In this document: one piece after another, positions 38,755-48,715 of the stretch
Layout: every line of letters begins with the position of its first letter
Position numbering within the stretch: position 1 is the stretch's first letter
From: Endomicrobiaceae bacterium
GTDB taxonomy: Bacteria > Elusimicrobiota > Endomicrobiia > Endomicrobiales > Endomicrobiaceae
Direction: 5' to 3'
Length of the DNA: 64,000 bases
Assembly (NCBI GenBank): GCA_028711215.1
Contig: JAQTSO010000003.1
Location: 270-64,269, forward strand
Notes under the pieces: model-generated
Databases searched by the model: none
Told to the model about the DNA's origin: nothing
The model's input: the letters and a program-made list of their open reading frames with translations, nothing else
Position numbers and translations under genes: made by a program

Positions 38755-39600
38755 TTATTTTTGCACTTTAATTTTTAGTGAAATGTCCAGCGATGGTGCT
38801 GAATGAGTTAGCATTCCTATTGAAATTCTGTCAATGCCTAATTTTGCAAATTCTTTTATTGTCTTTAAATTAACACCGCCGGAAATTTCAATTTCAGGTT
38901 TGTATTTTTCTGTTGAGCTTTGTCTTATCAGTTTAATCATTTTTTTAACCTGTTCTTTTTTCATGTTATCAAGCATTATCAAATCAACTTTTGCACTAAG
39001 AGCATCCTGCACATGTTTTTTTGTTTCACATTCAACTTGTATAAGAATTCCTTTATGTTTTTTTCTTATATCCTGAACTTTTTTTAACAGGTTATTTATT
39101 AACTTTAAATGGTTGTCTTTAATAAGTACCATATCTGCCAAACACATTCTGTGATTTTTCCCGCCGCCGCATCTTACGGCATATTTTGATATATGTCTGA
39201 ATCCCGGAATAGTTTTTCTTGTATCATAGATATAGGTATTTGTGTTTTTAACTATATTTACAAATATATTTGTTGTAGTTGCTATTCCTGAAAGTGTTTG
39301 TATAAAATTTAAAGCAGTTCTTTCTCCGCACAAAAGATGATATGCCGGACCTTCCATTTTTAAAATAATATCACATTTTTTTACTTTTTGTCCGTCTTTT
39401 TTTAGTACATTAAAAGTAAAACTTTTGTTCAATTTTAAAAAAACTTTTTTAAAAACATCAATTCCGCATACAACACCTGAACATTTTGCAATTAAAACAG
39501 CAGTGGCTCTGGTATCTTTTGAAATAATATTTTTAGAAGTAATGTCATTAGATACAGAATCTTCTTCTAATGCCAATGATATAATTTTATCTAGGTTCAT
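38755..39600 (-). CDS. nadC: nicotinate-nucleotide pyrophosphorylase (carboxylating) NadC
   Basis: 281 aa. ALEEDSVSNDITS start, TRKT and KDNH motifs, and C-terminal SGG...SIG pattern. Confidence 0.92.
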   Translation of the reverse strand: MNLDKIISLALEEDSVSNDITSKNIISKDTRATAVLIAKCSGVVCGIDVFKKVFLKLNKSFTFNVLKKDGQKVKKCDIILKMEGPAYHLLCGERTALNFIQTLSGIATTTNIFVNIVKNTNTYIYDTRKTIPGFRHISKYAVRCGGGKNHRMCLADMVLIKDNHLKLINNLLKKVQDIRKKHKGILIQVECETKKHVQDALSAKVDLIMLDNMKKEQVKKMIKLIRQSSTEKYKPEIEISGGVNLKTIKEFAKLGIDRISIGMLTHSAPSLDISLKIKVQK

Positions 39601-39742
39601 AGTTTGGCATTATATAAAAAAACTAATCTCTTTACAATAAATTTATTGGGTTACAAATATGTTTGACTATTTGCTAATCTATTTATATAATAAATCAGAT
39701 TTTGGTCTATTCATTTTTGCAAAATATAATAAGGATGTCCTT

Positions 39743-40612
39743 ATGGAAAAATTAAGTTCAAAATTGGAAAGTGCAGATAAAGCTGTTAACAAAGCTGGTT
39801 TGCCGACGGATTATGGTGATACAAAAATTACCATTTTGCCGAGAGATCCTATATGTGTTTTTGCTTATTGGTCAATTTCCAAAGATTCAAAAGAAAAGAT
39901 TAAAAATCAATATGGTCAAAACATTTTCACAGATTCAAAATTAGTATTAAGAATTTATGATACCACGGATATAAATTTTGACGGAAACAATGCACACAGA
40001 TATTTTGATATTTTCATAACTCCAAATGCTGACAGTTGGTATATAAATGTTGGTGAGTACAATCGCAGTTGGTGTGCTGATATCGGTTTTTTAACAAATG
40101 ACGGTAAGTTTGTTTGTATAGCAAGATCAAATAAATTAAGTATGCCAAGATACGGTGTTTCAAATGTCACAGATGAACAATGGGCAATGTTGCAAATTGA
40201 GTTTGAAAAATTGCTTAAAATATCAGGTGTTAATCAAGTAGGAATGAGTTCTTTTGATATATCACGTCTTATGAGAGAAAGATGGGAAGAAATAGTTGCC
40301 ATCTCTTTGCCAAGTTCTCATACACAAACAAGTTCATTTAGAACACATCCTAAACATTTTGCAGAGACCCAACATGATAAACAAAAGAGTTTTTGGTTAA
40401 AAGCAGATACTGAAATAGTAATTTATGGGGCAACCGAAGCAGATGCAAAATTAACAATGAATGGGCAACCTGTAAAACTGTCTGCAGATGGTTCTTTTTC
40501 TGTAAGATTTTATTTGCCAAACGGGGATCATTCATATTCCATAGAAGCAACATCAAATGACGATTCTATGAAAAAAGCAATAACGTTTGAAGTTAAAAAG
40601 AATACAAAATAA
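39743..40612 (+). CDS. DUF4912 domain protein
   Basis: Start chosen at ATG 39743 (AAGGAT box 6-12 nt upstream). LPTDYGDTKITILPRDPICVFAYWSIS is the hallmark DUF4912 N-terminal block. C-terminal beta-rich segment (LTMNGQPVKLSADGSFSVRFYLPNGDHSY). Confidence 0.8.
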   Translation: MEKLSSKLESADKAVNKAGLPTDYGDTKITILPRDPICVFAYWSISKDSKEKIKNQYGQNIFTDSKLVLRIYDTTDINFDGNNAHRYFDIFITPNADSWYINVGEYNRSWCADIGFLTNDGKFVCIARSNKLSMPRYGVSNVTDEQWAMLQIEFEKLLKISGVNQVGMSSFDISRLMRERWEEIVAISLPSSHTQTSSFRTHPKHFAETQHDKQKSFWLKADTEIVIYGATEADAKLTMNGQPVKLSADGSFSVRFYLPNGDHSYSIEATSNDDSMKKAITFEVKKNTK

Positions 40613-40629
40613 AACTATTCGGATTTTTG

Positions 40630-42213
40630 ATGAAATATAAGGGTTACTGGTGTTTACAACTTCATGCGCATTTGCCTTTCGTCCGCCATCCAAGCTTTCC
40701 GGATTTTTTAGAAGAGGATTGGTTATACGAAGCAATAAGTGAAACTTATTTGCCTCTTCTTTCAGTATTTGAAAATTTTGTTAATGACGGGATTGATTTT
40801 CGTATTACGATGACAATTACGCCTTCGCTTGCCAACATGTTGGCAGACCCGCTTTTACAATCCAGATATTATGCAAAGTTAAATAAATTAATAGAACTCA
40901 CCGAAAAAGAAATACTCAGAACTAAATCTCAACCTGAATTTAATCAAGTTGCATTAATGTATGAAAAAAATTTAAAAAATTGTAGAAGAATATGGGAAAA
41001 ATACCACGGCAATATCCTTCATGGTTTTAAAAATTTACAGGATATGGGAAAAATTGAAATAATTACCTGTTGTGCAACACACGGATTTTTGCCTTTGATG
41101 GTTAATGAAAATGCGATAAGAGCTCAAATAAGAATAGCATGTCATGATTATCAAAGACATTTTGGAAGAAAACCGAGAGGTATATGGCTTTCTGAATGTG
41201 CCTATTCCTATGGAGTAGATAAAATATTGAAAGAAGAAGGTTTAAGATTTTTCTTTTTAGAAGCACACGGGATATTATATGCATCACCAAGACCGAAATA
41301 TGGCGTTTTTGCTCCTATATATTGTCCGAGTGGAGTTGCAGTATTCAGCAGGGATATGGAAACAGCTCATCAGGTTTGGAGTGCCGATTCAGGTTATCCT
41401 GGCGATCCTGATTACAGAGAATTTTACAGGGATTTAGCTTATGATTTGGATTACGATTATATTAAGCCCTATTTACATTCTGACGGTGTAAGAAGAAATA
41501 TAGGTATCAAATACCACAGAATAACAGGTAAAGTTCCATTACATGAAAAACAGGCTTATAATCCACAGCGGGCAGATAATAAAGCAAAGATGCATGCCGA
41601 AAATTTTGTTTTTAACAGATCCAATCAAATAGATTATTTATCCGGCATTTTAGGCAGAGATCCGATAGTAGTTTCAATGTACGATGCGGAACTTTTTGGT
41701 CATTGGTGGTTTGAAGGTCCGCAATTTATAAATTATTTATTCAGAGCGATAGATAAACAAAAGACATTTGCTCCGATTACTCCTGTAGAGTATCTTGAAA
41801 AATTTAAAACAAATCAGATTTCAACACCTTCTCCCTCATCATGGGGAGACAAAGGATATTATGAAGTTTGGTTAAATCCTAAGAATGATTGGATATATAA
41901 ACATTTGAACATAATTGCAGATAGAATGGTTGAAATAGCATCTGCAAATAGAACGGCAACAGGTTTAAAATTAAGACTTCTTAATCAGGCATCAAGAGAG
42001 TTATTGCTTGCTCAGTCATCAGATTGGGCATTTATTATGACAACAGGCACGATGGTAGAATATGCCGAAAAAAGAACAAAAGAGCATATATATAATTTTA
42101 ATACGTTATATGACCAGATAAAAAATGACAGTATTGACGAAGATTTCCTTTCAAATTTAGAATATACAAATAATATATTTCCAAACATAGACTATACAGT
42201 TTATATAAAATAA
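40630..42213 (+). CDS. GH57-family 1,4-alpha-glucan branching enzyme (DUF1957 C-terminal domain type)
   Basis: GH57 conserved regions LHAHLPFV, GIWLSECAY (nucleophile Glu), MYDAELFGHWW (acid/base Asp) and AQSSDWAF. The ATG at 40630 is preferred over the TTG at 40627. Confidence 0.88.
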   Translation: MKYKGYWCLQLHAHLPFVRHPSFPDFLEEDWLYEAISETYLPLLSVFENFVNDGIDFRITMTITPSLANMLADPLLQSRYYAKLNKLIELTEKEILRTKSQPEFNQVALMYEKNLKNCRRIWEKYHGNILHGFKNLQDMGKIEIITCCATHGFLPLMVNENAIRAQIRIACHDYQRHFGRKPRGIWLSECAYSYGVDKILKEEGLRFFFLEAHGILYASPRPKYGVFAPIYCPSGVAVFSRDMETAHQVWSADSGYPGDPDYREFYRDLAYDLDYDYIKPYLHSDGVRRNIGIKYHRITGKVPLHEKQAYNPQRADNKAKMHAENFVFNRSNQIDYLSGILGRDPIVVSMYDAELFGHWWFEGPQFINYLFRAIDKQKTFAPITPVEYLEKFKTNQISTPSPSSWGDKGYYEVWLNPKNDWIYKHLNIIADRMVEIASANRTATGLKLRLLNQASRELLLAQSSDWAFIMTTGTMVEYAEKRTKEHIYNFNTLYDQIKNDSIDEDFLSNLEYTNNIFPNIDYTVYIK

Positions 42214-42929
42214 TGAATAAAGGTATTTTATACATAGTACCAACACCTATCGGTAATCTTGAAGATATTACTTTAAGGGCTATCCGTATTTTAAAAGAAT
42301 CCGATTTAATTGTCTGCGAGGATACAAGGCAAACTCTTAAGTTATTATCGCATTTACAAATATCTAAAAAACTTATCAGTTTTTATACCCAAAACCAGTT
42401 AAGAAAAATTCCACAAATAATATCAATGTTGCAACAGGGAAAAAATATTTCGCTTGTTTCAGACTGCGGAACACCGGCAATATCTGATCCGGGATATTAT
42501 CTCGTCAAAGAAGTATTAAAAAATAATATCAATGTTATATCATTGCCGGGACCATGTGCCTTAACAACGGCACTTGTCGGTTCGGGACTTCCTACGGATT
42601 CTTTCGTATTCTTGGGTTTTTTAAGAAAAAAAACCGGTAAGATGAAAAAGGAACTGGAAGAGGCAAAATCTATAAATAAAACAATAATATTTTACGAATC
42701 TCCTCACAGAATCATAAAAACAATTGGAACTTGCCAAGAAGTTTTCGGTGCTGACTGTAATATTGTTTTAGGAAGAGAACTTACAAAAAAATTTGAAGAG
42801 TATATCAGAGGTACGATTTCAGAAGTTTTAGAAAACTTAAAAAACAGGGAAATACTTGGAGAATTTGTTATAATTATATCCTGTACAGAAGATAAAGAAA
42901 CAGATGATAAAATAACATCTGAGTTTTAG
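42213..42929 (+). CDS. rsmI: 16S rRNA (cytidine1402-2'-O)-methyltransferase RsmI
   Basis: 238 aa. LYIVPTPIGNLEDITLRA and CEDTR motifs. Start overlaps the upstream stop (TAATG). Confidence 0.93.
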   Translation: MNKGILYIVPTPIGNLEDITLRAIRILKESDLIVCEDTRQTLKLLSHLQISKKLISFYTQNQLRKIPQIISMLQQGKNISLVSDCGTPAISDPGYYLVKEVLKNNINVISLPGPCALTTALVGSGLPTDSFVFLGFLRKKTGKMKKELEEAKSINKTIIFYESPHRIIKTIGTCQEVFGADCNIVLGRELTKKFEEYIRGTISEVLENLKNREILGEFVIIISCTEDKETDDKITSEF

Positions 42930-42959
42930 TAATCTTGATTTTTCAAAAAGGAGATGTCG

Positions 42960-43739
42960 ATGAAGGTTATTATTCTTGCAGGCGGATTAGGAACAAGATT
43001 ATCAGAAGAAACAAGTTTAGTGCCAAAACCTATGGTTGAAATCGGCGGCAGACCGATTTTGTGGCATATAATGAAAATCTATTCACACTACGGATTTAAT
43101 GATTTCATTATTCTTACCGGTTATAAATCCCACATTATAAAAGATTACTTCATAAATTATTACAACAGATATTCTGATATTACTGTTGATATGGCTAGAA
43201 ATTCTGTTGAAATTCATAAAACCAGACATGAACCTTGGAAAGTAACAATGCTATATACCGGTCAGGATACAATGACCGGCGGAAGAATAAAAAAAGCTCA
43301 AAGTTATATAGGCAATGAACCATTTTTGTTAACTTACGGAGACGGTGTTGCGGATGTAAATATTAAAGATTTAATTCAGTCACATAAAAAATCAAAAAAG
43401 ATTATAACAATGACGGCAGTACAGCCTTCAGGAAGATTCGGGGCTTTAGTAATAAAAAACGACAATTTAATAACTTCTTTTATGGAAAAACCGAAGGGAA
43501 ACGAAACTTGGGTAAACGGCGGTTTTTTTGTCTGTGAACCTAAAGTATTTGACTATATCAAAAACAGCGATAAAACAATTTTTGAACGTCAACCTCTTGA
43601 AGATATTGCCAAAGTTAAACAATTAAATGCCTTTAAACATAACGGTTTTTGGAAACCGATGGATACTCTCAGAGAAAAAAATGAATTAACAGATTTGTGG
43701 TATAGCGGAAAAGCTCCTTGGAATGTGTGGGATAAATAA
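42960..43739 (+). CDS. rfbF: glucose-1-phosphate cytidylyltransferase
   Basis: ILAGGLGTRL nucleotidyltransferase loop and a length and C-terminus typical of RfbF/DdhA. The ATG at 42960 has better spacing to AAAGGAG than the ATG at 42954. Confidence 0.9.
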   Translation: MKVIILAGGLGTRLSEETSLVPKPMVEIGGRPILWHIMKIYSHYGFNDFIILTGYKSHIIKDYFINYYNRYSDITVDMARNSVEIHKTRHEPWKVTMLYTGQDTMTGGRIKKAQSYIGNEPFLLTYGDGVADVNIKDLIQSHKKSKKIITMTAVQPSGRFGALVIKNDNLITSFMEKPKGNETWVNGGFFVCEPKVFDYIKNSDKTIFERQPLEDIAKVKQLNAFKHNGFWKPMDTLREKNELTDLWYSGKAPWNVWDK

Positions 43740-43741
43740 TT

Positions 43742-44803
43742 ATGTTTGAAATATATAAGAATAAAACAATTCTTGTTACAGGGCATACCGGCTTTAAAGG
43801 TTCATGGTTATGTATTTGGCTGGAATCTCTTGGTGCTAAAGTTATAGGGTACTCAATAGATATTCCTACAAAACCGTCGCTGTTTGAACTTGCAAGGCCG
43901 AAATGTATTGATGTCAGAGGTGATATAAGAGATTTTAAAAAAATAAATAATGTCATAAAAAAATATAAACCTGAAATAATATTTCATCTTGCTGCCCAGC
44001 CTCTTGTCAGAAAATCTTATATTGATACCATTGAAACTTATCAAACAAATGTAATAGGTACGGCAAATCTTTTGGAAACAATTAAAAAAAATAAATTCGT
44101 TAAAGCAGTTGTAGCAATAACAACCGACAAAGTTTATTTAAATAATGAAACATGCAAAGCCTTTTGTGAATCGGATTCTCTCGGCGGATATGACCCCTAC
44201 AGTGCATCAAAAGCCTGTTGTGAAATAGTAATCTCTTCTTACAGAAATTCTTTTTTCAATATTAATGAATACGGTAAAAAACATAACACGTTAATTGCTT
44301 CTGCAAGAGCAGGAAATGTTATCGGTGGCGGTGATTTTGCCCAAGACAGACTGATTCCCGATTTTATAAAATCAATACTTGCAAAAAAAACTTTAATTAT
44401 CAGAAATCCTAATTCTATCAGACCGTGGCAACATGTATTGGAATCATTAAGCGGATATTTAATGCTTGGTAAAAAATTATTAGAGGGTAAAAAACAATTT
44501 GCACAATGCTGGAATTTCGGACCTGAACATAATGATATTAAAACCGTTGAGCAAATAGTAAGTAAAATGTGTCAAAATTTTGATAACAAAATAAAATATA
44601 AAAAAGATACAAAAAAACAACCTCATGAAGCCTGTTATCTTAAACTTGATATAACTAAATCAAAAACAATTCTTAAATGGATTCCTAAATGGCAGGTTAA
44701 TACCTCTCTGGATAAAATTACAGATTGGATAAAACAATATCAAAAAAAACAAAACATGAAAGATGTTTGTTTAAAACAAATAAAAGAGTATATAAATGGA
44801 TGA
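43742..44803 (+). CDS. rfbG: CDP-glucose 4,6-dehydratase
   Basis: 353 aa. VTGHTGFKGSWL Rossmann loop and YSASK catalytic YxxxK. Confidence 0.9.
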   Translation: MFEIYKNKTILVTGHTGFKGSWLCIWLESLGAKVIGYSIDIPTKPSLFELARPKCIDVRGDIRDFKKINNVIKKYKPEIIFHLAAQPLVRKSYIDTIETYQTNVIGTANLLETIKKNKFVKAVVAITTDKVYLNNETCKAFCESDSLGGYDPYSASKACCEIVISSYRNSFFNINEYGKKHNTLIASARAGNVIGGGDFAQDRLIPDFIKSILAKKTLIIRNPNSIRPWQHVLESLSGYLMLGKKLLEGKKQFAQCWNFGPEHNDIKTVEQIVSKMCQNFDNKIKYKKDTKKQPHEACYLKLDITKSKTILKWIPKWQVNTSLDKITDWIKQYQKKQNMKDVCLKQIKEYING

Positions 44804-46127
44804 AAAAGAATTAGTAAGACATGATATTTTAACTAAAGTTAAGGAATATTATACGTCTGCTTTCGGTGAGAAAAAACCGTTTAGAAAGGGCAGTAAAATT
44901 CCGTACGGCGGAAGAATATTTGATGAAAAAGAATTGGTAAATCTCGTTGACAGCGCTCTTGATTTTTGGCTGACTTCAGGTAGATATTGCAAACAGTTTG
45001 AAAGAGATTTCGCTAGATTTTTAGATATACAACATTGTTTGCTGGTAAATTCCGGGTCATCTGCAAATTTGCTTGCTTTTATGGCATTAACGTCTCCGTT
45101 GCTTAAAGAAAGAGCAATTCAAAGAGGAGATGAAGTTATAACCGTTGCATGTGGCTTTCCGACTACGGTTACTCCTATTATTCAATATGGGGCGGTTCCT
45201 GTTTTTGTTGATGTTACAATCCCTCAATATAATGCCGATATTGTTCAGATCAAAAAAGCATTAAGTCCGAAAACAAAAGCAGTTATGTTGGCACATACTT
45301 TGGGAAATCCTTTTGATTTAAAACAAATTAAAGATTTCTGTAATGAAAATAATCTGTGGCTGATAGAAGATAATTGTGATGCTTTAGGTTCAAAATATAT
45401 AATTGACGGTAAAGAAAAATATACAGGGACAATCGGCGATATAGGAACATCGAGTTTTTATCCTCCTCATCATATGACTATGGGAGAAGGCGGAGCAGTT
45501 TATACAGATAATCCGTTACTTCATAAAATACTTCTTTCTCTTAGAGACTGGGGACGTGATTGTATATGTCCTTCAGGTATGGATAATTACTGCGGTCACA
45601 GATTTGACGGACAGTATGGAGATTTGCCAAAAGGTTATGACCATAAATATGTTTATTCACATTTCGGCTATAATTTCAAAGCTACCGAAATGCAGGGAGC
45701 AATAGGGCTTGCACAACTTAAAAAACTGCCGAAATTTATTGAAGAAAGAAGAAAAAATTTTGATAAATTAAAACATGGGTTATCAGGTTTACAGGATAAA
45801 TTAATATTGCCTGAAGCATGTACAGATTCAATACCAAGTTGGTTTGGTTTTTTAATAACAGTTAAATACGGTGTTGATAGAAATTCGTTAGTTCAATATT
45901 TGGAAGAAAACGGAATTCAAACCAGAATGTTATTTGCGGGTAATTTATTGAAACATCCTTGTTTTGATGATATGAGAAAAATAAATCAGGGATTTAGAAC
46001 AGTATCCGAATTAAAAAATACCGATATTGTTATGAATAATACATTTTGGATTGGCGTATATCCGGGTATGACTGATGAAAAAATTGATTATATGATTAAT
46101 TCATTTAAGGAATTTTTTAATCAATGA
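44796..46127 (+). CDS. rfbH: CDP-6-deoxy-L-threo-D-glycero-4-hexulose-3-dehydrase (E1, RfbH/DdhC)
   Basis: 443 aa DegT-fold protein. SFYPPHHMTMGEGG has His in place of the aminotransferase Lys. Cys cluster NCD...RDWGRDCICPSGMDNYC (C-x-C-x7-C) matches the E1 2Fe-2S site. Confidence 0.88.
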   Translation: MDEKELVRHDILTKVKEYYTSAFGEKKPFRKGSKIPYGGRIFDEKELVNLVDSALDFWLTSGRYCKQFERDFARFLDIQHCLLVNSGSSANLLAFMALTSPLLKERAIQRGDEVITVACGFPTTVTPIIQYGAVPVFVDVTIPQYNADIVQIKKALSPKTKAVMLAHTLGNPFDLKQIKDFCNENNLWLIEDNCDALGSKYIIDGKEKYTGTIGDIGTSSFYPPHHMTMGEGGAVYTDNPLLHKILLSLRDWGRDCICPSGMDNYCGHRFDGQYGDLPKGYDHKYVYSHFGYNFKATEMQGAIGLAQLKKLPKFIEERRKNFDKLKHGLSGLQDKLILPEACTDSIPSWFGFLITVKYGVDRNSLVQYLEENGIQTRMLFAGNLLKHPCFDDMRKINQGFRTVSELKNTDIVMNNTFWIGVYPGMTDEKIDYMINSFKEFFNQ

Positions 46128-47011
46128 AAAAGAAAATTCTTCTTACGGGCGGAAGCGGGTTTATAGGAAGAAATATACTTGAGAGCTTTTTAATTGAAAA
46201 GTATGACATCTCTCATCCGTCCAGACAAGAATTGAATTTAACTGATTATGATTGCGTTAAAAGTTATTTTAAAGATAAAACTTTTGATGTGGTTTTGCAC
46301 TCGGCAACAAAACCGGGGCACAGAAATGCAAAAGATACAAAAGATTTATTTTCTTTAAATACGGGAATGTTTGAAAATCTTATAAATCATAAAGACAGAT
46401 ATGGAAAATTTATAAATTTCGGGTCCGGTGCAATTTACGATACATCAACAAATATTACAGATTTTAAAGAAGAGAATATATTTAAAAATATCTGTCAAGA
46501 CGAACATGGTTTTTGTAAATATGTTGTGGCTAAAAAAATTGAGCAACTTGAGAATTTTATTGATTTGAATATTTTTGGGATATTCGGCAAATATGAAGAT
46601 TGGCAGATAAGATTTATTTCTAATGCAGTTTGCAAAACTTTATATGATTTGCCGATAACTTTAAGGCAAAATCGCAGATTCAGTTATTTGTTTGTTGACG
46701 ATTTAATGCCTGTTTTGGAATTTTTTATAGAAAATGATGTTAAATACAAAAGTTATAATATTGTTCCTGATGAAAAAATTGAATTGTTGGAAATTGCTGA
46801 ACTTGTTAAAAAAATATCAAACAAAAATATTGAAATCAAAGTTGCAAAAGACGGATATGGTTTGGATTATACAGGCAATAACAGTAGATTAAAAACTGAA
46901 TTTACTGACGTTAATTTTACTGATGTTACAAAATCAATATCATCGTTATATGAATATTATAAAAACAATATCAGTAAAATAGACAGAAGCTTACTTTTGG
47001 AGGATAAATAA
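46124..47011 (+). CDS. NAD(P)-dependent sugar epimerase/reductase (extended SDR)
   Basis: 295 aa. LTGGSGFIGRN Rossmann loop and YVVAK (YxxxK). Start overlaps the rfbH stop (ATGA). It could be a 4-ketoreductase of paratose/abequose-synthase or YerF type, but this is not resolvable by eye. Confidence 0.75.
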   Translation: MKKKILLTGGSGFIGRNILESFLIEKYDISHPSRQELNLTDYDCVKSYFKDKTFDVVLHSATKPGHRNAKDTKDLFSLNTGMFENLINHKDRYGKFINFGSGAIYDTSTNITDFKEENIFKNICQDEHGFCKYVVAKKIEQLENFIDLNIFGIFGKYEDWQIRFISNAVCKTLYDLPITLRQNRRFSYLFVDDLMPVLEFFIENDVKYKSYNIVPDEKIELLEIAELVKKISNKNIEIKVAKDGYGLDYTGNNSRLKTEFTDVNFTDVTKSISSLYEYYKNNISKIDRSLLLEDK

Positions 47012-47829
47012 TGAATAATTTAGAAAAAAATATGGTTAAAACTTTAATTGATTTAAAGGAAAACCATAATGTTATAGGCGTTAAGGCTGAATTTGAAGCC
47101 GAAGGCACAAGAATGGAAGAAGCTCTGCGGTTAAAAGAAGTTGTAACCAGAGCAGGACTTGATTTAACAATAAAAATCGGCGGTTGTGAAGCATTAAAGG
47201 ATATGTATGATGCTAGGACTATTGGGGTTAGTACAATAGTTGCACCGATGATAGAATCTCCTTATGCTATGTCAAAATATATACAATCAACAAAACTTGC
47301 TTTTACTGAAGAAGAGAGAAATGAAATGAAATTTTTAATTAATATAGAGACATTTTTAGGCTTTAATAATTTAGAGTCAATTTTAGAAAATTCTTTTGCA
47401 AAAGATTTGTCTGGAATCGTTTTTGGCAGAACAGATATGACAGGTTCAATAGGGATGACTAAGGATGATATTAATCATGAGAAAATTTTTGAATATGCCT
47501 ATCAGATTGCTCAAAAAACTCTGATGCATAAAAAAGAACTTATAGTCGGTGGTGGGGTTTCAGCCCAATCATTGCCGTTTTTTAGAAAATTACCGAAAGG
47601 ATCTTTAACCAGATTTGAGACCAGGAAAATAATTTTTGATGCTCAAAAAGTATTGGCTTCTGAAAATCCTGAAAATGGTATTTTAAAAGCAGTTGGCTTT
47701 GAATTAATGTGGATTAAAAATAAACGCAATTTTTATGGGGTAATATATAGAGAAGATGAAAACAGAATTTCTGTTTTAGAGTCAAGATATAAAGATTCAA
47801 TATATAAAGCTGGAGGAAGTATTGAATAG
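47011..47829 (+). CDS. HpcH/HpaI-like (class II pyruvate aldolase / citrate-lyase beta fold) TIM-barrel protein
   Basis: 272 aa. Block pattern EAEG, IVAPMIESPYAMSKY and FLINIET...GIVFGRTDMTGSIG parallels the DGEH, LVPMV and VQIET...GVFIGPADLS blocks of HpaI-type aldolases. Confidence 0.55.
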   Translation: MNNLEKNMVKTLIDLKENHNVIGVKAEFEAEGTRMEEALRLKEVVTRAGLDLTIKIGGCEALKDMYDARTIGVSTIVAPMIESPYAMSKYIQSTKLAFTEEERNEMKFLINIETFLGFNNLESILENSFAKDLSGIVFGRTDMTGSIGMTKDDINHEKIFEYAYQIAQKTLMHKKELIVGGGVSAQSLPFFRKLPKGSLTRFETRKIIFDAQKVLASENPENGILKAVGFELMWIKNKRNFYGVIYREDENRISVLESRYKDSIYKAGGSIE

Positions 47830-48583
47830 TTTTTTAAATAATGTCAAGTGCGTTATTTTTGATTTAGACGGTACTATTTATTTCGGAACCGAATTGGCTG
47901 AAAAAGCCGACGAAGTCATAATGAAAGTCAGAAAAGAAGTTGAAAATATTTTTTTTGTAACAAATAATTCTGCGAAATCAAGATTCCAAATATATGAAAA
48001 ATTATTGAATCTGAATATTAATGTTAATTTTAATGAAGTTATAAATTCAGGATATTTAATAGCAAAATATCTTTATGAAAATAGCTATAAAGATGTATAT
48101 TGCTTGGGTACTGATAGTTTGTCAAAAGAAATAGAAGATATGGGAGTAAATTCAAAATCAAATAATCCGCAGGCAATAGTGCTTGGTTATGATATAAATT
48201 TTAAAATAACACAGTTAGAACATATCTTAAAAATATTTCAAAAAAACTGCAAAATTATTGTGGCTAATAAAGAAAGAGTGTATCCTAGACATAATGGTAT
48301 ACTTACGCCTGGAACCGGAGCGATTGCGGCTGCTTTAGAATATACATTAAATAAAAGTACAGATATAGTAATAGGAAAACCAAGTCCTTTAATGTTGGAT
48401 TTAATTGTAAAAAATATAAATATTTTACCAAATGAAATTATGATGATAGGAGATAGTTACGAAAGCGACGTTATAATGGCTGAAAAATTTGGGGCAAAAG
48501 CTGTTTTGATTTCGGAAAAAGAATTTAAAACAAATAATTTTAAAGTAATAAAAAAATTGAAAGATATATTGGAGTTATTTTAG
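47822..48583 (+). CDS. HAD-superfamily hydrolase, subfamily IIA (NagD-like)
   Basis: 253 aa. TTG start 5 nt after GGAGG. Motif I VIFDLDGTIY, TNNS motif II and GDSYESD motif IV. Confidence 0.8.
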   Translation: MNSFLNNVKCVIFDLDGTIYFGTELAEKADEVIMKVRKEVENIFFVTNNSAKSRFQIYEKLLNLNINVNFNEVINSGYLIAKYLYENSYKDVYCLGTDSLSKEIEDMGVNSKSNNPQAIVLGYDINFKITQLEHILKIFQKNCKIIVANKERVYPRHNGILTPGTGAIAAALEYTLNKSTDIVIGKPSPLMLDLIVKNINILPNEIMMIGDSYESDVIMAEKFGAKAVLISEKEFKTNNFKVIKKLKDILELF

Positions 48584-48715
48584 AAAATTTGAAAATTATA
48601 ATTTATGAATGGGAAAGATGATGCCAAATATTTTAATTAGAAAGAATACAAAATTGTTTAAAAATTAAAAAATCTTATATAGAAAATGATGCTAAAAATT
48701 TGCTGGAGGAATTGA

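Noticed and set aside
39659-39742. N-terminal 28-aa extension of the DUF4912 ORF (MFDYLLIYLYNKSDFGLFIFAKYNKDVL).
   Set aside because: It is hydrophobic and low-complexity with no RBS, whereas the internal ATG at 39743 has an AAGGAT box and begins right before the conserved DUF4912 block.
48618-48668. 16-codon ORF (MMPNILIRKNTKLFKN) in the only sizeable gap of the glycan operon.
   Set aside because: It is too short and has no recognisable features. The 132-nt gap is more simply an internal promoter/RBS spacer. I cannot exclude a leader peptide, but there is no supporting structure.
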